Shown piece by piece: positions 17,324 to 28,178 of a stretch of 64,000 nucleotides of DNA. Position numbers and translations under genes: made by a program. The notes beneath the pieces are model-generated. The model was not told where the DNA came from. It made no database searches and saw only the letters and a program-made list of their open reading frames with translations. The stretch covers positions 289 to 64,288 of the forward strand of contig CAMVAF010000004.1 in the NCBI GenBank assembly GCA_947165365.1, in the 5' to 3' direction. Source of the stretch: an uncultured Clostridia bacterium. GTDB taxonomy: Bacteria; Bacillota_I; Bacilli_A; RF39; UBA660. The first letter of the stretch is position 1; each line of letters opens with the position of its first letter.

Positions 17324-17981
17324 ATTCTTTTTTAGCTAGTTTCTTAAGAGCCTCTTTGGCAGCAAGCCTTTCTGCTTCTTTTTTACTACCAGCTATCCCC
17401 TTTCCGTAAATAACATTATCAATTCTTACTACTATTTCAAATGTTTTATCATGACTAGGTCCTGATTCTTTAACTAAATCATAAGAAAAACTTCTTTTAT
17501 CTGTTTGTAAAGCCTCTTGTAAAATTGATTTATAATCATTAAAGAAATATGTTTTATCAATAATATATGGTGTTACAACATCTAAAATAAATTTACTTAC
17601 AACATTATACCCTTGATCTAAATACATTGCCCCTATAAAAGCTTCAAAAATATCAGCAACAATCGCTTTTTTTATTTTACCAGTTTCACCATGACCAACT
17701 TTAATATATTTATATAGTCCAATCTTCCCCATATATTCATAATTAGCATTCTCACAAACAAAGTTAGCACGCATCTTAGTCATATCCCCTTCATTATTTT
17801 CATAATTTTTATATAAATACTCACTAACTACAAGTTCTAAAACAGCATCGCCTAAAAACTCTAATCTTTCATAATTTTTTTTATCTTTATGTTCATTAGC
17901 ATATGATGAATGAGATAATGCATTTAAATATAAATTTATATTATTAGGAATAATACCATAATTTTTTAAAAATTCTTCCAT
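17316..17981 (-). CDS. rnc: ribonuclease III
   Basis: ERLEFLGDAVLELVVSEYLY signature and a C-terminal dsRBD (GPSHDKTFEIVV...GSKKEAERLAAKEAL). AGGGTGA RBS before the ATG at 17981. Confidence 0.92.
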   Translation of the reverse strand: MEEFLKNYGIIPNNINLYLNALSHSSYANEHKDKKNYERLEFLGDAVLELVVSEYLYKNYENNEGDMTKMRANFVCENANYEYMGKIGLYKYIKVGHGETGKIKKAIVADIFEAFIGAMYLDQGYNVVSKFILDVVTPYIIDKTYFFNDYKSILQEALQTDKRSFSYDLVKESGPSHDKTFEIVVRIDNVIYGKGIAGSKKEAERLAAKEALKKLAKKEYE

Positions 17982-18083
17982 TCTTATCACCCTTATCTTT
18001 TATTAGTATAACAAATTTTTAGAAAAAGTACAATTAATCTTGTATAAATTTTAATTTAATAGTAAAATTATCATAGGTGGGTA

Positions 18084-18302
18084 ATGAAAAGATTATTAAT
18101 AAAGATAATTAAACTATATCAAAAGATGCCTTTAAATAGTCATTCTAAATGCAAATTTATTCCAACTTGTTCTAATTATGCAATAACAGTAATTAATGAT
18201 TATGGTTCTATTAAAGGTAGTATTCTAACAATAAAAAGACTATTAAAGTGCCATCCATTATCACATGGAGGAATTGATCTACCACCAAAGAAGGAGAATT
18301 AA
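18084..18302 (+). CDS. yidD: membrane protein insertion efficiency factor YidD
   Basis: LIKIIKLYQKMPLNSHSKCKFIPTCSNYAITVINDYG...RLLKCHPLSHGGIDLPP. Confidence 0.9.
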   Translation: MKRLLIKIIKLYQKMPLNSHSKCKFIPTCSNYAITVINDYGSIKGSILTIKRLLKCHPLSHGGIDLPPKKEN

Positions 18303-18305
18303 TTT

Positions 18306-19163
18306 ATGAAAAAAATAATACTTATATTAATTATAATAACAACTTTATCAGGATGTACATTATTTAAAAGAGATAATATGGAAAATATTAATATTATTAC
18401 AACCATTTATCCTGTTGAATATATAACAAATTATATCTATGGTAATAATTCTAACATTACCTCAATTTATCCCGATGATATTGATACCAATACCTATAAA
18501 TTAACAGACAAACAATATAGTGATGGTAGTAATAAAGATTTATTCATCTACATGGGTAAGACCGACTCTGATATCGCTGTAGAATTAATAAATAGAAATA
18601 AAAAATTAAAACTTATTGATGCTACATATGGTATGGAATATAAAAAAGATATAACAGAACTATGGCTTAATCCAACAAATTTATTAATGATAGCCCAAAA
18701 TATTAGAAATGGTTTAAATGAATATATAGATAATAGTTTCTTAAAACAAGAAATAAATGATAAATTTGATGAATTAAAATTAATTATTTCTGAAGTTGAT
18801 GCCAATTATAAAACAACTATTGAAAACGCTAATAAAAAAACAATCTATACTAATTCTAATGCTTTTCTATTTTTAGAAAAATATAATTTAAATGTTATCG
18901 TTGTAAACAAAACACATGATTTATTTGAGAAAAATTTAGCCTTACTTAATAATGCTATCGAAAATAATAATGTAAAATACTTCTTTTATTTAGAAGATAC
19001 CGAAGCAGACGAAGAAATAAAAAAACTAGTTGAAGATAATAAATTAACTACCCTAGAATTCAAAAACTTAAAAAATATTACTGATACTGAAAGAAATCAA
19101 AAAACATCATATGAAGATTTAATGAAAGAAAACTTAGAAGTATTAAAAAAAGAAATATATTAA
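18306..19163 (+). CDS. ZnuA/TroA-like (cluster A) substrate-binding lipoprotein, orphan
   Basis: Lipobox TTLSGC. IITTIYPVEYITNYIYG and ELWLNP resemble metal SBP motifs, but the usual His ligands are not evident. No ABC permease or ATPase is adjacent. Confidence 0.5.
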   Translation: MKKIILILIIITTLSGCTLFKRDNMENINIITTIYPVEYITNYIYGNNSNITSIYPDDIDTNTYKLTDKQYSDGSNKDLFIYMGKTDSDIAVELINRNKKLKLIDATYGMEYKKDITELWLNPTNLLMIAQNIRNGLNEYIDNSFLKQEINDKFDELKLIISEVDANYKTTIENANKKTIYTNSNAFLFLEKYNLNVIVVNKTHDLFEKNLALLNNAIENNNVKYFFYLEDTEADEEIKKLVEDNKLTTLEFKNLKNITDTERNQKTSYEDLMKENLEVLKKEIY

Positions 19164-19184
19164 AAAAACTCGTAAGAGTTTTTT
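19163..19184. terminator. bidirectional terminator between convergent genes
   Basis: AAAAAACTC-GTAA-GAGTTTTTT hairpin. Confidence 0.65.
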
Positions 19185-19212
19185 ATTTTAATTATAATAT
19201 CAATTTTTAAAT

Positions 19213-19632
19213 TTATTCATTGCTTTCATCAATATCTTCTTTGTCTACTTCCCATATTTTAATTTTTGGATTTTTCTCTACAATTTTATCTATTTTCTCA
19301 TCTTCTAAAGCATTCTCTTTCGTTTTCTTATATAGTAATGCAAGTAACACAAATAAGAATATCCATAAGAAAATAATCAATAATAAATACAATACACTAC
19401 TTCCTAATAATGATCTTTTTTGAAAAGTAGTAATTATCCAAATAGTATAACCTGCGATTAAAGGTAAAACAAAAGATATAGCTATAATACTTGAAAGTTT
19501 AAAGAAATAATTAAACCTATAATTACGATATTTCTTTTTTATTATAAAGAATGCTATTAAATCAATTATTCCTATAATAACTACTGGTACTACAGCCAAT
19601 AAAATAATTTCTGTTGTTAAGTTATCAAACAT
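19213..19632 (-). CDS. polytopic membrane protein, hypothetical (139 aa)
   Basis: Four hydrophobic segments and an acidic C-terminal tail. Confidence 0.5.
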   Translation of the reverse strand: MFDNLTTEIILLAVVPVVIIGIIDLIAFFIIKKKYRNYRFNYFFKLSSIIAISFVLPLIAGYTIWIITTFQKRSLLGSSVLYLLLIIFLWIFLFVLLALLYKKTKENALEDEKIDKIVEKNPKIKIWEVDKEDIDESNE

Positions 19633-19675
19633 ATCACATCACCTACTATAAACATAATATCATAATTTTTTATTT

Positions 19676-20854
19676 TTAACTACTATTTTTTAATATTTTT
19701 TTTAAATTTGTCATTTCATTAACACACATTTTATTATTAAACATAAAATCATATCTAAATAAAGAAAATCCCAATAATTTTTTACTGCGAATTAAATTTA
19801 TTTCTCTTTCAATAATATCATTATTCTTAGTCCATTCATTCTTACCATCACCAGCATCTTTATCAATACTTCCACATTTATAAATAGCAAGTGTAGGTAT
19901 AATATCAACATTTATTTCATTAAGTTTTATCCAATTATCTAATACTTTATCAAATGGTGCATATTCATTTTCAAATCCATAATATATTTGAGGCATAATG
20001 ATATCTAAATACCCCTCTTCTTTTAACCATGTTTTAACATCAGCATAATGATATTTATAATTATTATTAATATTACCATCAGGAGCAATAGAAAAAATAA
20101 TATCTTTATCTTTCTTTTTAATAATATTATATACTCTTTTAATTAAATCATTAACGTGACTCATCCGAAATTCTTTTAAATCCATTGTTCCATTATTATT
20201 TTTATAATTTTGATATTCTTCCTTATCTATATCATAATTAATATAGAAATAATCATCAAAATGGATCCCATCTATAGCATAATTATTAATTATTTCAGAT
20301 ACTTCATTAATAATTAAATCTTTAACTATTTCACTAGCTGGATTAAAATAAATTCCATCTTTATTAATACCAATACTTGTCGTATTCAATAGTTTATATG
20401 CTGGATTATCTTTAGATAATTTACTTGTATCGCTTGAGAAACTAACACGATATGGATTAAGCCATGCATGTACTTTAATATTTTTACTGTGAGCTTTTTT
20501 TATAAAATATTCTAAAAAATCAAAACCAGGATATTTTCCTTCTATTCCAGTTAAGGTATAAGAATATGGTAAAATACGAGAATTATAGATACTATCAGAA
20601 AAAGGACTTACATGTAACATAATAGTATTAAAATCTAATTCTTTAATATTATCAATTATTTTATCTATTTTACTTTGATTTATAGTTTTACTATTACCAT
20701 AAAAATTACTAAAATATTCTAAATAAGATATATAAACAATACGATATTCCATGGTTTCTTCTTTGTTAATATCATTATTTTTTTTATCAGCAAGAGCGGC
20801 ATCTGTAATTAAAAATGTCATAATGATTATTGGAACAATTAAATTCTTTCTCAT
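19676..20854 (-). CDS. secreted glycoside-hydrolase-like protein, YngK/GHL10 (DUF187) type
   Basis: Signal peptide MRKNLIVPIIIMTFLITDAALA from the ATG at 20854 (the track start is TTG). NTIMLHVSPFSDSIYNS...AHSKNIKVHAWLNPYRVS motifs. Confidence 0.6.
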   Translation of the reverse strand: MRKNLIVPIIIMTFLITDAALADKKNNDINKEETMEYRIVYISYLEYFSNFYGNSKTINQSKIDKIIDNIKELDFNTIMLHVSPFSDSIYNSRILPYSYTLTGIEGKYPGFDFLEYFIKKAHSKNIKVHAWLNPYRVSFSSDTSKLSKDNPAYKLLNTTSIGINKDGIYFNPASEIVKDLIINEVSEIINNYAIDGIHFDDYFYINYDIDKEEYQNYKNNNGTMDLKEFRMSHVNDLIKRVYNIIKKKDKDIIFSIAPDGNINNNYKYHYADVKTWLKEEGYLDIIMPQIYYGFENEYAPFDKVLDNWIKLNEINVDIIPTLAIYKCGSIDKDAGDGKNEWTKNNDIIEREINLIRSKKLLGFSLFRYDFMFNNKMCVNEMTNLKKILKNSS

Positions 20855-20891
20855 ATAATCATTATAAGTATTCATAAATAAAATAATTGTC

Positions 20892-20914
20892 AAAAAAAAG
20901 AAGATTACTCTTCT
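20892..20914 (-). terminator. terminator after addA
   Basis: AGAAG-AGTAAT-CTTCT, followed by T8 on the minus strand. It overlaps the addA TAG. Confidence 0.5.
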
Positions 20915-23900
20915 AATTTATTTTTTTATAAACGTTATCCATAATAGAATATAAATAGATATTAATAGGTTTATTTTTTAAAATACTAATATAATCTTTA
21001 TAACCATTTAATTGTTTAATATAAGCTGGATCATCAATATGTTTTAATTTATAATCAATAATATCAATGTGATCAGAGTACTCCAACATTAAATCAATTA
21101 TACCATGACTTATACTATCCTCATCTTGATGAATAAATTCATATTCTTGATATATTTTAGCATTCTTAATATCTTTTACTAAATCACTATTTAAGAAATT
21201 CTTAATATAATTTACATATTTATCATCGATACTAGTATAATCGGGATTAGATAAATCCATGATTTCTAAATAATAATGCATCATAGTACCAAAATCCATA
21301 ACATCTCTTTCATCTTTCGTAATCAATTTAATATTACTTTTAGAATAATGTGATTCCGTAATTTCACAAGGTTCCTTTAAACAATAATTATAAATCTCTA
21401 TTTTATCATTATTTTTATTTATTTCACTAAAGATATTACTGGTATTAATTAAATTATAATTTTTACTTAAATTTAAATCATTTAAATTAATTTCTTTAAT
21501 ATAAGGATTTATTTGTGATTTAATAGATTCTAGAATACCATCAAAATTAGTATATTTTCTTCTTATATTATCAGATACTATTCCATCTTTATCATATTCT
21601 TCATATTTATCTTTTAAACCAGATATAAAAATCATTTTTTCTTTAGCTCTAGTTACGGCTACATAAAATAATCTTATTTTTTCACTTATTTCATCATTAT
21701 AATAATCATTTCTATTTAAATAATCATAAAAGGTTTTACTAATACCTTCATTAAAGATCGGGGTAATTATTCCTAATCTTTTACTATAATTAAAGTTTTC
21801 CTGAATATCTTTAAAATTAAATTTTTTATATAAACCAGGGAAATAACATATATGATACTCTAACCCTTTAGAATGATGTATTGTCATTAATTTAACACTA
21901 TTATTCTCTTCTTTAGTAACCGAGAATTTTATTTCTTTATCACTATTAAATATTTCTTCAATAAGTGATGTGAATTCTTTATAAGTATATCCCATTTTAT
22001 TTAAAGTATTAGATAAAGCATATAGATATTCTATTTTAGTATAATTATCTCTAATATTAGGAATAGTTCTTAATTTATTATAGAAATCAAATTTAATAAT
22101 GATTTCATCTAAAAGATTAGTTATTGTTTTTTCATTAATGTTTCGAGAAATATCCATTATCATTTGATATATTAAAGTATCCCTAACCTTATCAGTTGTA
22201 ATTACCTTAAATAAAGTATCATCATCAATATTAAATAAGAAACTTCTTCCAATAGATAAATATAAGTAATTAACATCTTCCTTCTTAGGATTTTCATTAA
22301 TTATTGTAATAAATCTTATAATACTATTAATAACACTAAAGATATCACTATTAGTTAAAGTATCATCTTTATAGATACTTAATGGTATATTAAAATATAA
22401 AAATATTTTTTTATATAATTCAAAATTAGTAGATCTATCTATTAATATAGAAAAATCATTATAGGAAATATCTTTTAATATTTTTTCATCTTTATCAAAG
22501 ATCTTATAGTGATTATCTATTTTTTCTTTGATATCTTTGGCTATAATAAAAGCTTCTATTTCTTCTTTTTTAAAAGTTTTTAATAATTCTGATTCTTTAT
22601 CATAATGATATATTTCCATATTATTATTTTGAATAGTTTTACCTTCTTGATTATATGAAGTATTACCAAAGATCATTTGATGATCCTTGATATAATTAGC
22701 CCCCCCGATATCATCAGTCATAATAAATTTAAATAATAAATTAATGTTATCCAAAACTTCTTCACGAGATCGAAAGTTATTTAATAAATCTATTTTTAAT
22801 CCATTATTACCTTTTGCATAATTATCATATTTATTTTTAAAGATTGTAGGATTTGCATTTCTAAAACGATAAATAGATTGCTTGATATCCCCTACCATAT
22901 ATAAATTATTATTACTAATTAAGGTTATTAATTCTTCTTGTAAATCAGAGGTATCTTGATATTCATCAACCATTATTTCCTTAAAATAATATTTTATTTC
23001 ATTTCTGATATTTTCATTTTCTTTAACTATTTTAATAGCCATTTTATTAATATCAACAAAGTCATATAAATCATTTTTATTTTTATATTCATTTATTTTA
23101 TGATCAAGTTTTTTTATAATATCAATAATTGGTTTAACATAATTACAAGTATATTTAATATCATTTTTAAGAAAATCTATATCTTCACTTTCTGTAAGTT
23201 GTTTTATTTCATCAATAAGTTTTTTTATATCATTTTTTATTTTTTTAGCGTCTTCCAAGCTTTTATTAGGAAGTCTTGGAAACTCTAATTTTAAGATATT
23301 TTCTCTTATTTCTTTATAGTTATTACTATTTAATAATTCATTTGATGAAGCGATAACTAAAGAAAAATAATCGGCATCTGTTACATTTGATATTTTTGTT
23401 AATAGGATATTTACGTCTTCTATTTTTTCTTTTAAATAGTTTTCGTATTCCCTTATTTTATCATCAATAAAAGTATCGCTATAAAAGTAATCTAAATAAT
23501 TATTTAAATATTCTTCTTTATCATATTTCATATTTAATTTATTATAAATATTTAAGATAGCAGCTCTTATTTCATCATCATCTTTAATACAAAAATCATT
23601 AATTAGTTTTGTGAAGTATTCATCTTTTTTAAGATATTCTTCTTCTAAGATATCATTTAAGTATTCTTTTACTTTAAGTTCTAGAATATTACTTTCAATA
23701 ATATTAACATTCTTATTAATATTTAAAACATAATGATACTTTTTAACAAGAGATAAGAAGAAACTATCAAAGGTTGTAATATAACTATTATCTAGTTTAT
23801 TAAGTTGATCTAAGAGATTATTCTTTTTAATGTTTTTTCTTATTCTTGCTTTCATTTCATTAGCCGCAGCTATAGTAAAAGTTAAGATTAACATATGATC

Positions 23901-24050
23901 AATATCCGTTCCATCTTTTATTTTTCTAATTACCCTTGTTGATAGAACCATCGTCTTTCCACTTCCAGCTCCCGCTGATACAATGATATTTTTCCCTTCT
24001 TCATTAACAGCAAGAGCTTGTTCTTTAGTTAAATTACTCATCATCTTCAC
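20913..24050 (-). CDS. addA: ATP-dependent helicase/nuclease AddA (1045 aa)
   Basis: UvrD-type Walker A VSAGAGSGKTMVL, VDEYQDTS, and the C-terminal RecB nuclease motif GIIDLMLEYSDHIDIIDYK. Confidence 0.85.
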   Translation of the reverse strand: MKMMSNLTKEQALAVNEEGKNIIVSAGAGSGKTMVLSTRVIRKIKDGTDIDHMLILTFTIAAANEMKARIRKNIKKNNLLDQLNKLDNSYITTFDSFFLSLVKKYHYVLNINKNVNIIESNILELKVKEYLNDILEEEYLKKDEYFTKLINDFCIKDDDEIRAAILNIYNKLNMKYDKEEYLNNYLDYFYSDTFIDDKIREYENYLKEKIEDVNILLTKISNVTDADYFSLVIASSNELLNSNNYKEIRENILKLEFPRLPNKSLEDAKKIKNDIKKLIDEIKQLTESEDIDFLKNDIKYTCNYVKPIIDIIKKLDHKINEYKNKNDLYDFVDINKMAIKIVKENENIRNEIKYYFKEIMVDEYQDTSDLQEELITLISNNNLYMVGDIKQSIYRFRNANPTIFKNKYDNYAKGNNGLKIDLLNNFRSREEVLDNINLLFKFIMTDDIGGANYIKDHQMIFGNTSYNQEGKTIQNNNMEIYHYDKESELLKTFKKEEIEAFIIAKDIKEKIDNHYKIFDKDEKILKDISYNDFSILIDRSTNFELYKKIFLYFNIPLSIYKDDTLTNSDIFSVINSIIRFITIINENPKKEDVNYLYLSIGRSFLFNIDDDTLFKVITTDKVRDTLIYQMIMDISRNINEKTITNLLDEIIIKFDFYNKLRTIPNIRDNYTKIEYLYALSNTLNKMGYTYKEFTSLIEEIFNSDKEIKFSVTKEENNSVKLMTIHHSKGLEYHICYFPGLYKKFNFKDIQENFNYSKRLGIITPIFNEGISKTFYDYLNRNDYYNDEISEKIRLFYVAVTRAKEKMIFISGLKDKYEEYDKDGIVSDNIRRKYTNFDGILESIKSQINPYIKEINLNDLNLSKNYNLINTSNIFSEINKNNDKIEIYNYCLKEPCEITESHYSKSNIKLITKDERDVMDFGTMMHYYLEIMDLSNPDYTSIDDKYVNYIKNFLNSDLVKDIKNAKIYQEYEFIHQDEDSISHGIIDLMLEYSDHIDIIDYKLKHIDDPAYIKQLNGYKDYISILKNKPINIYLYSIMDNVYKKIN

Positions 24051-26370
24051 CTTCTTCCATATCTCTATTTAAATAAATGTTATTCGAATCATTATGGTAA
24101 CATATATCAAAGTAATCACAAAATTTACATGAGATATTTTTTCCATCTAATATTTTAGGATTAATAGAAAAATCGGCTTTTAAGATATTATCTTTGGCTT
24201 CTATTATTTTTTCTTCTGTTAAATTAATAATATTATTCATTTCATCATCAGAAAGTACTTTACTTCTTGAATCAATATTGCCATCTTTAGTTAATTTAAA
24301 TCCTTTAATCATTTCACTCTTTTCATATGTTGAATCAAAGATACTTACTCTATCTAAATTATCTGTTGTGTAACCAACTAGTTTTAAATTATCCTTCTTT
24401 TGTTCATCAAATGACTTCTTACCCTTTTTTATTTTGTTATCTAAAACATGCATAAGATAAAAACCTGCAAACTTAGGATTATGAAATAAATTACTTTTCT
24501 CAACTAAATATAAATATATTGGTAATTGCATGGATAATCCAAATTGTAAATTTTTAATATCCGTAATAACACTTCCTGTTTTATAATCAATAACACTAAT
24601 TAATGTTTCGTTATTTACCTCTTCATACATAATCTTATCTACATAACCATTAAATTTAACTAACGGATCTTTATTAATGACAATATTGACATTTTGTTCC
24701 ATTAAGAAATTCTTAAAGCCTGAGATAAAGTGATGATGTTTAACAGTTTCTATAACATATAATAAATCTTTTTTGATTTTTTCAATAAAATATTTTTCCT
24801 TATTACTAAAATTATTTTCATTAATAAAATTAACTGTATAATTATCTAAATCAAAATCTTGATTATCAATATTTTCTAAAGCTTTATGAAAATATGTTCC
24901 AAGAAGTGCTGTAAAATTAGTTTCAAATTTATTTATTTTTAGGATATTTCCTAAATAATATTTAAAAGCACATTCATAATAACTATTAATACTGGTATAT
25001 GATAAAGTTAAACTATTTTTTATATAATCTGATAATGTAGTAATACTACTATAATCATTATGATATTTTAAATAATCATTATCATGATAATTATAGTATA
25101 ATTTATCTATTAAATTATTTTTAATTCCATATTTAATAAAATCATCCAAGTACTCTATATAATAAGATTTATTAGCATAATCACTATAATTTAGACTTCT
25201 TTCTTCATCTATTATTTCATGATCCATTAAATCAAGTAAGATACTAGGGTAACACTCATTAAATGATGTTTTATCTTTATAAGATATAACCAAATTCTTA
25301 ATACTAGATAAATAATTAAGAGTATTTTCTTTAATTAAACTATTTTCATCTTCCGTTAAATCAAGATTAATTAATTCTTTAATATTATCAGTGATATAAT
25401 CAGTATCAAGTTTTAAATTAGGAATAGCAGGATTATTAAAGTTAAGAAGAAAGACATATTCATCATCTTCGATATAATCAAATAAATCTTTAATTTTAAC
25501 AGTATTATCTAAATTAATACTTTTAATCTTAGTACTCTTTATTTCATCTTCTATTTGTAATTTATAATCAATATTATCCATATCATAATATTTATTTAAA
25601 ATATTAATTAAAGTTATATAATTACTATTATCTTGATATTTATCTAAATATTTAAAGATATCCTCTCTTTTTTTACCTTCTTTTATCATACTTAAAAATT
25701 CTTTACCAATAGTAGTACCTATTATAGAATTATCACAAGTTATATTTATAGGTATTTTATAAAAGATACTATATTTCTTAACTATTGGTATATATTCATC
25801 ATCTAAATTCATTAAACTTATTTTATTAATATCAATATTATTTCTTAATAAATCAACTATTTTTTGAAAGATACATTCTATCTCCATATCAATATTATTA
25901 TAGTGATATATCATATATTTCTTATTCTTTTTAGGGTATTCTATAACCAAAGGATTATTAAGTATTCTCTTATAATAATTATTAATCTTTCCATATCCAT
26001 AAACAATAATTTTATATCTATCAAGTATCTTTTTAAATAGAGGATTATAACTTAATAATCCTAATGTTTCAAGTTCTTTTTTTATACTTACTAAATAATC
26101 TAATTTTTCATTAGAATATTCTTTATCTTCAATATAATATAAATTATTAATTAATTCTTTACTATTTCCAACAGTTAAACCCTTATTAACTAAATGATTA
26201 ATTGTTTTAATATCATAATCAAAGAAATAATTCTTTAAATATTCATTTATACTCATAAATTTAATATTTAAGATAAGTTTATTATCCTCTAAATATTTTA
26301 AAATACTCCTCTTATATGAAGAAGTTGTAATTATTAATAGATTATCTTCTTTTAAAAATTCTAAGTTCAT
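24034..26370 (-). CDS. addB: helicase-nuclease subunit AddB/RexB (compact, ~778 aa)
   Basis: C-terminal nuclease motif ISVIDYKTG and Fe-S cysteines (YYECAFKYY ... CKFCDYFDICY). AGGTGA RBS before the ATG at 26370. It overlaps the addA start. Confidence 0.8.
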   Translation of the reverse strand: MNLEFLKEDNLLIITTSSYKRSILKYLEDNKLILNIKFMSINEYLKNYFFDYDIKTINHLVNKGLTVGNSKELINNLYYIEDKEYSNEKLDYLVSIKKELETLGLLSYNPLFKKILDRYKIIVYGYGKINNYYKRILNNPLVIEYPKKNKKYMIYHYNNIDMEIECIFQKIVDLLRNNIDINKISLMNLDDEYIPIVKKYSIFYKIPINITCDNSIIGTTIGKEFLSMIKEGKKREDIFKYLDKYQDNSNYITLINILNKYYDMDNIDYKLQIEDEIKSTKIKSINLDNTVKIKDLFDYIEDDEYVFLLNFNNPAIPNLKLDTDYITDNIKELINLDLTEDENSLIKENTLNYLSSIKNLVISYKDKTSFNECYPSILLDLMDHEIIDEERSLNYSDYANKSYYIEYLDDFIKYGIKNNLIDKLYYNYHDNDYLKYHNDYSSITTLSDYIKNSLTLSYTSINSYYECAFKYYLGNILKINKFETNFTALLGTYFHKALENIDNQDFDLDNYTVNFINENNFSNKEKYFIEKIKKDLLYVIETVKHHHFISGFKNFLMEQNVNIVINKDPLVKFNGYVDKIMYEEVNNETLISVIDYKTGSVITDIKNLQFGLSMQLPIYLYLVEKSNLFHNPKFAGFYLMHVLDNKIKKGKKSFDEQKKDNLKLVGYTTDNLDRVSIFDSTYEKSEMIKGFKLTKDGNIDSRSKVLSDDEMNNIINLTEEKIIEAKDNILKADFSINPKILDGKNISCKFCDYFDICYHNDSNNIYLNRDMEEGEDDE

Positions 26371-26403
26371 ATCATTCACCTATTTAATTGTACAAAATTT
26401 TCA

Positions 26404-26434
26404 TAAAAAAAGAAATATCTTTGACAATATTTCT
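26404..26434 (-). terminator. terminator after the LRR pseudogene
   Basis: AGAAATAT / ATATTTCT stem with an 8-nt loop, followed by a T-run on the minus strand. Confidence 0.6.
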
Positions 26435-26451
26435 TAATTTAATATTATTTA

Positions 26452-28128
26452 CTAATTAGAATAACATACCTCATTGCCAGATCCATAAATTGTTATATTA
26501 TTTCCATTTGTCCAGTTATTATAACCAGACATTGTACTACATGCTTTATCCATTGTTATAGTAGTTAAACCAGCGTTTGATGAAGAATCTTTATAAAATG
26601 CCCACATTCCTACAGATGTTATTCCGTTTCCTATTGTTACACTGGTTAATTGATTACTTGAAAAAGCATAATTACCTATTGTCGTAACACTATTTGGTAT
26701 CGTTACACTAGTTAATTGATTATTAGCAAAAGCACTACTTCCTATTTCTGTAACATTATTCGGTATTATTATACTTGTTAATTAATTATTTGAAAAAGCA
26801 TAATTACCTATTGTCGTTACACTATTTGGTATCGTTACACTAGTTAATTGATTAATAGAAAAAGCACTACTTCCTATTGTTGTTACACTATTTGGGATTG
26901 TTACACTTGTTAATTTATTATTAAAAAAAGCACTACTTCCTATTGTCGTAACAGTATCTGGTATTACGACACTTTCAATATAATCACTTTCCCACTCTTC
27001 AATATTTGCAAAAACTTTATCACCTATTTTTCTTACAACTGCTTGTACTGGATTAGCATTAGAAACTATTATTCCAGCAGTTTCTAATTCTATTAATTTT
27101 GATGGACCAAATCCTTCATCACCCATATCAAGTATTTCTTGTAATGTTGCTCCCCAATTTGTTCCTGTTCCATTACAAAATGCTTCATATGTTTCTCCTG
27201 TATCTACTGTTTCTCCCTCAACTTCCTCTCCCAACAATTCCGTAAATTTACTTACACAAGCATTAATATCCATATTAGAATTTCTTGTATAGGTTACTAT
27301 TTCAGTATTTATTTTACTAGGTATTACAACATCAATTCCACAACTAGTATCATAATCAGTTATTGATGTTGTATATCCCGTATTTGTTATTATTCCAGCA
27401 GTTTCTAATTCTGTTAATTCTGATGAATAAAAATTATTATTATCAAGCCGTTCTTGTAATGTACTTTCATAAATTGTTCATATTCCATTACAAAATGTTT
27501 CTAAGGTTTCTCCTTCTTGTAAATTATTATTTAATCCCATTTCAGTAAATTTATTTACACAAACATTAATATCCATATTAGGATTTTTTACATATTTAGG
27601 AGTTGGAGTTGAAAATGTAAAACAACTTGCTGGTGTAGCTTCTTTTTCTACCCATATTCCTTCATTAGCCTCTACTTTTATTTTAAATGATAAACCATTG
27701 CTTCCTGCAAAACTATTCCATTCTTCGGTTGTTAATACAATTCTATCAGTTGTTGGTGTTCCATTATAATATTCTACTCCATCAATCGTAGTTGTTCCTT
27801 CTGGATATGTATCACTTATTAATATTTTATCTTTATCTATATATGCTTTAATATTTATTGTTCCATTTATTCCTTCGATTGTTCCTTTTGTAGTATTAGA
27901 ACTTATATATCCTACTAAAAGATGTTTATCTTGCTCTAGATTACCATCATATTCTATTTTATATTTACTTTCCGTATAATTATTTCTATTTGTATAATAG
28001 TCTCCTTCTTCTAATGTACCAAGACCAGTTCCTGTTACTGATACTTCTAAATTAATGGGTACTTTTTTATTATTTATTGTATTGTTTACACTATCTAAAG
28101 TTACTACATATTCTATTCCTCTTGTGTT
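26452..28128 (-). pseudogene. 5'-truncated paralogue of the 54511-55797 gene fused to BspA-type leucine-rich repeats; two in-frame stops
   Basis: A single frame opens after TAG 28129-28131. It has no start codon or leader. GIEYVVTLDSVNN...GTINIKAYIDKDKILISDTYPEG...EGIWVEKEA aligns to GGIEYLVSAVGVNN...GNITIRAYFDKAKVAISDTYPEG...EGIWVEEPA of the 428-aa protein. In-frame TGA at 27478-27480 and TAA at 26782-26784. The C-terminus has [16 protein letters not shown] repeats. Confidence 0.75.
26610..26970 (-). repeat. tandem ~66-nt coding repeats (BspA-like LRR units)
   Basis: Repeated [16 protein letters not shown][NS][YS]AFS units, with near-identical DNA (tcgttacactatttggtatcgttacactagttaattgatt). 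Confidence 0.75.
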
Positions 28129-28178
28129 CTACAAATGACACACTTTCAATACTTTCATCATTTTTAATTAAATTTTCT

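Noticed and set aside
22690-22700. The C7/G7 homopolymer in addA (and C7 at 10612-10618) as phase-variation switches.
   Set aside because: The addA tract encodes an ordinary Gly-Gly in frame within an essential-type repair gene. There is no evidence of length variation from a single sequence.
26782-27480. In-frame TGA aligned to Gly and TAA aligned to Gln/Lys in the LRR gene, suggesting an alternative genetic code (code 25 or TAA=Gln).
   Set aside because: TGA is the working stop of parA (9482-9484) and gatB (44284-46). All long housekeeping ORFs are intact under code 11. The same gene also lacks a 5' end. A plain pseudogene is the simpler reading.
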